The translations under genes and the position numbers were made by a program. Below, in pieces: positions 26,013 through 32,000 of a stretch of DNA of 32,000 bases. This DNA is from Pasteurella multocida (GTDB lineage Bacteria > Pseudomonadota > Gammaproteobacteria > Enterobacterales > Pasteurellaceae), in the NCBI RefSeq assembly GCF_900187275.1, contig NZ_LT906458.1, positions 1,710,001 through 1,742,000 on the forward strand, written 5' to 3'. Numbering within the stretch: position 1 is the first letter of the stretch; every line of letters begins with the position of its first letter. The notes beneath the pieces were generated by a model. That model saw only the letters and a program-made list of their open reading frames with translations. It had not been told where the DNA came from and did no database searches.

Positions 26013-26093
26013 CTTTTTTGTGACTCATATCAAATTTTTTATAGCCGAAAAGAAGTAATATCCCACATTATTATGCAAAAAAAGGAGCTAAAA

Positions 26094-26345
26094 ATGACAA
26101 ATGCAGAACTTCTGCAGGAAGGCATCAACTTAATGTTTGCTGGCGTTGGATTTGTGATGCTATTTTTGTTTATTCTTATCTACGCTATCGAATTTATGTC
26201 TAAGCTGGTAAATACTTACTTTCCAGAACCAGTCAAAGCACCTTCTACCAAACCGATTCAAACTGAAAATCATGACTTAGAACGTTTACGTCCCGTTATC
26301 GTTGCCGCGATTGCACATCATCGCCGCCAACAAGGGCTAAAATAA
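26094..26345 (+). CDS. oadG: Oxaloacetate decarboxylase gamma subunit
   Basis: The ATG at 26094 is preceded by AAGGAG at 26082-26087. [30 protein letters not shown]... has a single TM helix and the C-terminal ...[14 protein letters not shown] typical of OadG. The track's TTG start at 25992 is probably too far upstream. Confidence 0.85.
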   Translation: MTNAELLQEGINLMFAGVGFVMLFLFILIYAIEFMSKLVNTYFPEPVKAPSTKPIQTENHDLERLRPVIVAAIAHHRRQQGLK

Positions 26346-26364
26346 CTCACAAAGGAAATTAGAA

Positions 26365-28161
26365 ATGACTACTCAAAACAAAAAAATTGCCATTACTGAT
26401 GTTGTGTTACGTGACGCTCATCAATCTCTCTTTGCCACGCGTATGCGCCTTGATGACATGTTGCCTATTGCACATGAGTTAGATCAAATTGGCTATTGGT
26501 CGCTTGAAGCCTGGGGGGGCGCGACTTTTGATGCGTGTATTCGTTTTTTAGGGGAAGATCCTTGGGTACGTTTACGTGAATTAAAACAAGCCATGCCAAA
26601 TACGCCGTTACAAATGCTGTTGCGCGGTCAAAACCTATTAGGTTATCGTCATTATGCGGATGACGTCGTGGATCGCTTTGTAGAACGCTCCGTGAAAAAT
26701 GGGATGTCCGTTTTCCGTGTCTTCGATGCCATGAACGACCCGCGTAATATGAAACAAGCCTTGCAAGCCGTAAAACGTAACGGTGGACATGCCCAAGGGA
26801 CATTAAGTTATACCACTAGCCCAGTACATAACTTAGAAACCTGGTTGGAGATTACTGAGCAATTATTAGAAATCGGTGTCGATTCCGTGGTGATTAAAGA
26901 TATGTCCGGGATTCTAACCCCAGTAGAAGCTTACAAATTAGTCAGTGAAATTAAAAAACGCTACGATGTTCAACTCCATTTACATTGCCACGCCACGACG
27001 GGAATGGCAGAAATGGCGTTATTAAAAGCTGTAGAAGCGGGTATTGATGGCATTGACACCTCAATTTCCTCTATGAGTGGCACTTATGGTCACCCGTCAA
27101 CTGAAGCCTTAGTCGCGACTTTACAAGGTACACAATATGACACCGGCTTAGATATCCATAAATTAGAACATATTGCTGCCTACTTCCGCGAAGTACGTAA
27201 AAAATACGCTAAATTTGAAGGTCAATTACGTGGTTCAGATAGCCGTATCTTAGTTGCACAAGTACCAGGTGGGATGTTGACGAACCTTGAAAGCCAGCTC
27301 AAACAACAAAATGCGTCGGATAAATTAGATGAGGTATTGAAAGAAATTCCACGTGTGCGTGAAGATTTAGGCTTTATTCCATTAGTTACGCCTACCTCAC
27401 AAATTGTCGGTACACAGGCCGTGATTAACGTGTTAATGGGTGAGCGTTATAAAACCATTGCTAAAGAAACAGCGGGTATTTTGAAAGGTGAGTACGGTCG
27501 TACACCTGCCCCGGTCAATGCTGAATTACAAGCCAAAGTGTTAGACGGTGGGCAACCTATCACTGATCGTCCAGCCGATCATATTGCACCAGAAATGGAA
27601 AAATTAGCCACAGAAATCAAACAACAAGCCAAAGAAAAAGGCATTAAACTGGCTGAAAATGAAATTGATGATGTATTGATTGTGGCGTTATTCCCACAAA
27701 TCGGTTGGAAATTCTTGGAAAATCGTGGCAACCCAGATGCCTTTGAACCTGCACCAACCTTAGAAACCGCAAAACCGGCAGAAAAACCAGCTGCACCTGT
27801 GGCGAAAACACCAGTTTCAGGACCTGCCGTTTACACCGTGGAATTAGAAGGCAAATCCTTTGTAGTGAAAGTCACAGACGGGGGAGAAGTCGGTGAGATT
27901 GCCCCTGCAGCACAAACAGCGCCACAACCTGCCCCGGCATCTACGAGTGGAACACCTGTCAGCGCCCCAATGTCTGGCAATATCTGGAAAGTGGTAGCAA
28001 AAGAAGGGCAAAAAGTGGCAGAAGGGGATGTGTTACTCATTTTAGAAGCCATGAAAATGGAAACTGAAATTCGTGCAAGCCAAGCAGGTACCGTACAAAG
28101 TATTCATGTAAAAGCCGGCGATACTGTTGCCGTTGGCGATACCTTAATGACATTAAGCTAA
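26365..28161 (+). CDS. oadA: Oxaloacetate decarboxylase alpha subunit (carboxyltransferase plus biotin carrier domain)
   Basis: 598 aa with an N-terminal HMGL-like carboxyltransferase ([13 protein letters not shown]), an Ala/Pro-rich linker and the C-terminal biotinylation motif EAMKMET. Confidence 0.95.
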   Translation: MTTQNKKIAITDVVLRDAHQSLFATRMRLDDMLPIAHELDQIGYWSLEAWGGATFDACIRFLGEDPWVRLRELKQAMPNTPLQMLLRGQNLLGYRHYADDVVDRFVERSVKNGMSVFRVFDAMNDPRNMKQALQAVKRNGGHAQGTLSYTTSPVHNLETWLEITEQLLEIGVDSVVIKDMSGILTPVEAYKLVSEIKKRYDVQLHLHCHATTGMAEMALLKAVEAGIDGIDTSISSMSGTYGHPSTEALVATLQGTQYDTGLDIHKLEHIAAYFREVRKKYAKFEGQLRGSDSRILVAQVPGGMLTNLESQLKQQNASDKLDEVLKEIPRVREDLGFIPLVTPTSQIVGTQAVINVLMGERYKTIAKETAGILKGEYGRTPAPVNAELQAKVLDGGQPITDRPADHIAPEMEKLATEIKQQAKEKGIKLAENEIDDVLIVALFPQIGWKFLENRGNPDAFEPAPTLETAKPAEKPAAPVAKTPVSGPAVYTVELEGKSFVVKVTDGGEVGEIAPAAQTAPQPAPASTSGTPVSAPMSGNIWKVVAKEGQKVAEGDVLLILEAMKMETEIRASQAGTVQSIHVKAGDTVAVGDTLMTLS

Positions 28162-28171
28162 CGAGGTCAAT

Positions 28172-29476
28172 ATGGAAAGTATTTTGTCATTATTAAGAGG
28201 AATGGGCATCATGCATCTGGAGTTGGGTCAAGCTCTCATGATGCTAATAAGCCTTGTCCTCTTGTGGCTTGCCATCGCCAGAAAATTTGAGCCTTTGCTC
28301 CTTCTCCCCATTGGATTTGGTGGATTATTATCCAACATTCCAGAAGCAGGGCTAGCGATGAGTGCCTTAGAAAGCCTACTACATCAAGGCAGTGCTGAAC
28401 AAATTGCGATCATCGCCGCGAAGCTCAATACGGTCGCGGATCCTGTTGCAATTAAAGAGGCTTTAGCCAATGCCGTCCCTTCTGTACAAAATCAGCTTGA
28501 GGTGATGGCGGGGGATATGGGCTACAATGCGGGAGTCTTGGCACTGTTTTATAAAGTAGCCATTGGCTACGGCGTTGCACCACTTATCATCTTTATGGGC
28601 GTAGGAGCCATGACCGACTTTGGTCCATTGCTGGCGAATCCACGAACCTTGTTGTTGGGAGCTGCCGCACAGTTTGGTATTTTTGCGACGATTATTGGCG
28701 CCTTACTCCTCAACTGGACAGGCATTATTAGTTTTACCCTGCCACAAGCGGCTGCTATCGGTATTATTGGTGGCGCCGACGGTCCAACAGCGATTTATCT
28801 CTCCAGTAAATTAGCGCCAGAGTTATTGGGGGCGATTGCTGTTGCCGCGTATTCTTACATGGCGCTCGTGCCTTTAATTCAGCCACCAATTATGCGTGCT
28901 CTCACCACCCAAGCAGAACGAAAAATTAAAATGGTTCAACTGCGCAATGTCAGTAATCGTGAGAAAATTTTATTCCCTATCGTGTTAGTCACTTTAGTCG
29001 CCTTGCTTTTACCAGATGCCGCACCTTTATTAGGGATGTTCTGTTTTGGTAACTTACTGCGTACCAGTGGTGTAGTAGAACGCCTCAATGATACAGCACA
29101 AAATGCTTTGATCAATATTGTGACCATTTTCTTAGGTTTAGCAGTGGGATCTAAATTGGTCGCGGATAAATTCTTGCAACCGCAAACCTTAGGGATTTTA
29201 TTGCTTGGTGTGGTCGCCTTCTGTATTGGTACTGCCAGTGGGGTCATCATGGCGAAATTTATGAATAAAATTTGTAAACACCCAATTAACCCACTGATTG
29301 GTGCTGCAGGGGTATCGGCTGTGCCTATGGCTGCACGTGTTGCCAATAAAGTCGGATTAGAAGAAGATCACCAAAACTTCTTATTGATGCATGCAATGGG
29401 ACCTAACGTGGCAGGTGTGATTGGTTCTGCCATTGCCGCAGGTGTGATGTTGAAATACGTCTCTGCGCTCATGTAA
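28172..29476 (+). CDS. oadB: Oxaloacetate decarboxylase beta subunit (Na+-translocating)
   Basis: 434 aa, near-colinear with Klebsiella/Vibrio OadB ([71 protein letters not shown]). Confidence 0.95.
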   Translation: MESILSLLRGMGIMHLELGQALMMLISLVLLWLAIARKFEPLLLLPIGFGGLLSNIPEAGLAMSALESLLHQGSAEQIAIIAAKLNTVADPVAIKEALANAVPSVQNQLEVMAGDMGYNAGVLALFYKVAIGYGVAPLIIFMGVGAMTDFGPLLANPRTLLLGAAAQFGIFATIIGALLLNWTGIISFTLPQAAAIGIIGGADGPTAIYLSSKLAPELLGAIAVAAYSYMALVPLIQPPIMRALTTQAERKIKMVQLRNVSNREKILFPIVLVTLVALLLPDAAPLLGMFCFGNLLRTSGVVERLNDTAQNALINIVTIFLGLAVGSKLVADKFLQPQTLGILLLGVVAFCIGTASGVIMAKFMNKICKHPINPLIGAAGVSAVPMAARVANKVGLEEDHQNFLLMHAMGPNVAGVIGSAIAAGVMLKYVSALM

Positions 29477-29493
29477 ATGGCTAAATGCCGATA

Positions 29494-29502
29494 AAGTGCG
29501 GT
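29494..29502 (+). repeat. USS core AAGTGCGGT after oadB
   Basis: Perfect 9-mer 18 nt after the oadB stop. Confidence 0.9.
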
Positions 29503-29524
29503 ATAAAAACACACTTTTCCGATA

Positions 29525-29562
29525 AAAAATCCTCGTTAGATATAATACTAACGAGGATTTTT
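29525..29562. terminator. Bidirectional intrinsic terminator (oadB / lysA convergent)
   Basis: AAAAATCCTCGTTAG (29525-29539) / CTAACGAGGATTTTT (29548-29562) form a perfect 15 bp stem with an 8 nt loop and T-runs on both strands. Confidence 0.85.
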
Positions 29563-29598
29563 CTTTTCATGTTACATCTCAGCGATAGGTGATGGTAT

Positions 29599-30849
29599 TT
29601 ATGGCAAGAGTCGTTCCAATGCCCACAGTTCTTCCAGTGTTTCACGGCGGCGGATTAAATGCACTTGATCTCCATCCACCATCACTTCCGCGGTACGCGA
29701 ACGTGAATTATAGTTGGAGGACATACTGGCGCCATAAGCCCCTGCGGAACGTTGTGCCAAATAATCACCAGCCGCAATCGCCAATTCCCGTTGTTTGCCG
29801 AGAAAATCCGAGGTTTCACAAATTGGTCCTACAACGTCATAAACCGCTTTATCACGTGTTAACGTACGATCAACTTCAATAATATTCATATACGCCTGAT
29901 ACAATGCTGGGCGAATCATATCATTCATCCCCGCGTCAACAATCGCAAAATGGCGATCTTCATTATGTTTGAGATATTCCACTTTAGTGACCAAAATCCC
30001 TGCATTCGCGGTGATTGCACGACCCGGCTCAAGAATAATCTCAAGTTCATGATAGGCTTTTAATTTATCTAACAATGCACTGGCATATTCACTCGGATGC
30101 GGTGGGTTTTCATTAGTATAAGGTACGCCCAAACCACCACCTAAATCTAAATGTTTAAGCTGAATACCATCTTGTTTCAACTGTTCCATTAACACAATTA
30201 GACGATCTGTGGCATCTAAGAAAGGTTGTAATTCAGTCAATTGTGACCCAATATGGCAATCCATACCTGTGATTTGAATATGAGGTAATTGATTTGCTAA
30301 TTGATAAACGTTACGGGCTTCCGCCACACTAATACCAAATTTATTTTCTTTTAAACCGGTTGAAATATAAGGATGCGTGCGCGCATCCACATCAGGATTA
30401 ACGCGCAATGAAATAGGCGCAGTTTTCCCCATTTCACCCGCCACCTGATTAATTCGATACAACTCAGCAACCGATTCCACATTAAAACAGCGTATGCCCA
30501 CCTCTAATGCACGAGCAATTTCTGTTTCTGTTTTCGCCACACCAGAAAACACTATTTTACTCGGCTCGCCACCCGCCGCTAGGACACGTTCCAATTCACC
30601 TTGGGACACAATATCAAAACCTGAACCTAACCGCGCCATAATATTCAAAATCGCGATGTTAGGATTGGATTTCACCGCAAAGCAAATCAAATGCGGATGA
30701 TCGCCAAGTGCGTTATTAAAGGCATGCCAATGACGTTCTAACGTGGCACGAGAATAAATATACAAAGGGGTACCATATTGCTGTGCAATGTGTTTTACCG
30801 GCACTTGTTCTGCCATCAGTTGTGCTTGTTGATATTGAAAATAATCCAT
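29599..30849 (-). CDS. lysA: Diaminopimelate decarboxylase
   Basis: 416 aa fold-III PLP decarboxylase. The FAVKSNPN PLP-lysine motif and overall LysA sequence are present. Confidence 0.95.
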   Translation of the reverse strand: MDYFQYQQAQLMAEQVPVKHIAQQYGTPLYIYSRATLERHWHAFNNALGDHPHLICFAVKSNPNIAILNIMARLGSGFDIVSQGELERVLAAGGEPSKIVFSGVAKTETEIARALEVGIRCFNVESVAELYRINQVAGEMGKTAPISLRVNPDVDARTHPYISTGLKENKFGISVAEARNVYQLANQLPHIQITGMDCHIGSQLTELQPFLDATDRLIVLMEQLKQDGIQLKHLDLGGGLGVPYTNENPPHPSEYASALLDKLKAYHELEIILEPGRAITANAGILVTKVEYLKHNEDRHFAIVDAGMNDMIRPALYQAYMNIIEVDRTLTRDKAVYDVVGPICETSDFLGKQRELAIAAGDYLAQRSAGAYGASMSSNYNSRSRTAEVMVDGDQVHLIRRRETLEELWALERLLP

Positions 30850-30862
30850 TTCTTACCTGCTA

Positions 30863-30979
30863 TTATTGTGTTTTTTGTACTGTCTCATTTTCAGGGAAAT
30901 ACAAAGGACCTTTCACACCACAAGCCACACTTAAGGCACAAACCATCCCTAATAAGAAAATTGAAACCCATTTTTTCAT
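30863..30979 (-). CDS. lptM: Small lipoprotein LptM (YifL family)
   Basis: Not in the ORF track. Hand translation gives MKKWVSIFLLGMVCALSVACGVKGPLYFPENETVQKTQ followed by a stop. AAGGA lies about 8 nt upstream. CG-x-KGPLYFP matches E. coli YifL/LptM (TGCGLKGPLYFP). The lipobox (SVAC) is slightly non-canonical. Confidence 0.75.
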   Translation of the reverse strand: MKKWVSIFLLGMVCALSVACGVKGPLYFPENETVQKTQ

Positions 30980-31100
30980 ACCATCATCCTTACTCATTCA
31001 ATTCGATAACACTTTTTACCATTAAATCCGCCTTTGTGCTATCACAATAATGCGAAAATCTTTATAATCCTTATTTTAGGATGACGATAAAGAGGCCTTT

Positions 31101-31409
31101 ATGAACGTAACAGAATTTCATCAAAATATTGAACAGGTATGGGCAAAAATCGAAGAACAATTAGAAGCACAAGACTGTGATGTGGATTGTGATACACAAG
31201 GTTCGGTATTCAGCATTACCTTTCAAGATCGTAGCCAAGTGGTGATCAACAAACAAGAACCTTTATTAGAATTATGGTTAGCAAGCCGTGTGGGTGGTTT
31301 CCATTTTCGTTATCAAAATAACAATTGGACAAGCAATGATGGAAAAGACTTTTGGGCGTGTTTAGAAGAAGCTTGTGCCGCTCATGGTGAAATCGTTCAC
31401 TTTAGTTAA
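31101..31409 (+). CDS. cyaY: Iron-sulfur cluster assembly protein CyaY (bacterial frataxin)
   Basis: 102 aa. ...GSVFSITFQDRSQVVINKQEPLLELWLASRVGGFHF... matches CyaY. Confidence 0.9.
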   Translation: MNVTEFHQNIEQVWAKIEEQLEAQDCDVDCDTQGSVFSITFQDRSQVVINKQEPLLELWLASRVGGFHFRYQNNNWTSNDGKDFWACLEEACAAHGEIVHFS

Positions 31410-31422
31410 GGAAGTAATCAGA

Positions 31423-32000
31423 ATGTACAAAGCAAAAGGAATTAACCTGTACAAAAAATGCCTTATCTTAGCAGTGTTAGGCGTCTTTGTTAGCCATGGT
31501 ACACAGGCAAATGAAAGTGACGCGCGTCCCTATAAAAGTAAAGCAGAAGTCTTATTAACTAAATCTGATGCCTTCATCGGCTTACTTGGCTACGAAGAAA
31601 ACTATCTGTTGGGGACCTATTCAAACAGGCATTTTCTTAAACGCGAAAAAACGCAAAAAGATGAGATTAAGTTCAAAATTAGCTTAGCACTTCCCCTTTG
31701 GCGGGGTATTTTGGGCAATAACTCCGTATTAGCCGCCTCTTATACACAAAAGTCCTGGTTTCAGCTAAGTAATGTTGATGATTCTTCTCCTTTCCGCGAA
31801 ACCAATTACGAACCTCAGCTATTTTTGGCTTGGAAAACGCAATATTCCTTACCTTTTGGCTGGACATTACAGGATGTGGAAACCGGGATAAATCATCAAT
31901 CCAATGGGCGCGATGATGCGGAAAAACTCTCTCGCAGTTGGAATCGCCTCTATGTGCGTGCCTCTGCCATAAAACAGAATTGGACAGTTGAAATCAAACC
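31423..32000 (+). CDS. pldA: Outer membrane phospholipase A (5' partial, runs off the window)
   Basis: Hand translation from the ATG at 31423 gives MYKAKGINLYKKCLILAVLGVFVSHGTQA... with OMPLA motifs YTQKSWFQL, SSPFRETNYEPQLFL, and the catalytic region INHQSNGR...SRSWNRLY. There is no stop before the window end. Confidence 0.85.
   Translation, partial: MYKAKGINLYKKCLILAVLGVFVSHGTQANESDARPYKSKAEVLLTKSDAFIGLLGYEENYLLGTYSNRHFLKREKTQKDEIKFKISLALPLWRGILGNNSVLAASYTQKSWFQLSNVDDSSPFRETNYEPQLFLAWKTQYSLPFGWTLQDVETGINHQSNGRDDAEKLSRSWNRLYVRASAIKQNWTVEIK

Noticed and set aside
22685-26093. tnaCAB as a recently acquired island. The cluster is strain-variable in Haemophilus influenzae.
   Set aside because: I could find no flanking direct repeats other than USS copies, no mobility genes and no obvious compositional break by eye. 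A proper GC or codon-usage calculation and a synteny comparison would be needed, so I do not claim it.
30778-31050. Two overlapping plus-strand ORFs (80-90 aa) between lysA and cyaY.
   Set aside because: They are antisense to the lysA 5' end and to the lptM gene, which has a diagnostic conserved motif. Their composition is hydrophobic and His-rich, and they have no SD.

Overview
This is a chromosomal core-genome window from a Pasteurellaceae bacterium. By eye I found 13 perfect copies of the Hin-type uptake signal sequence AAGTGCGGT, and gene content and order resemble Haemophilus, Pasteurella or Aggregatibacter. I cannot name the species. The centre (6269-19999, minus strand) is the complete, uninterrupted S10-spc-alpha ribosomal protein cluster: rpsJ to rpsQ, rplN to secY-rpmJ, then rpsM-rpsK-rpsD-rpoA-rplQ. 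The left flank holds a divergent PuuB-like oxidase (ordL) and orphan potD, ribB behind a textbook FMN riboswitch, ubiK, and nadR translationally coupled to an uncharacterised metallophosphoesterase. The right flank holds a ClC chloride-channel gene broken by one in-frame TAG, dusA, the tryptophanase operon tnaC-tnaA-tnaB with a consensus CRP site, the divergent Na+-pumping oxaloacetate decarboxylase oadGAB, lptM-lysA, cyaY and the 5' part of pldA. I recovered three small genes missing from the ORF track by hand translation: rpmJ, tnaC and lptM. I saw no tRNA or rRNA, CRISPR array, transposase, integrase, phage genes or recognisable defence module. No multi-gene block is left unexplained, so I do not think this window contains an undescribed system. 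The items most worth a second look are modest. They are the Proteus-type tnaC leader with a very short spacer, the split ClC gene that still overlaps dusA, the nadR-phosphoesterase coupling, a strong hairpin between tnaA and tnaB, and the absence of uptake signal sequences across the 14 kb ribosomal cluster. All coordinates for non-ORF-track features were derived by hand and may be off by a few bases.
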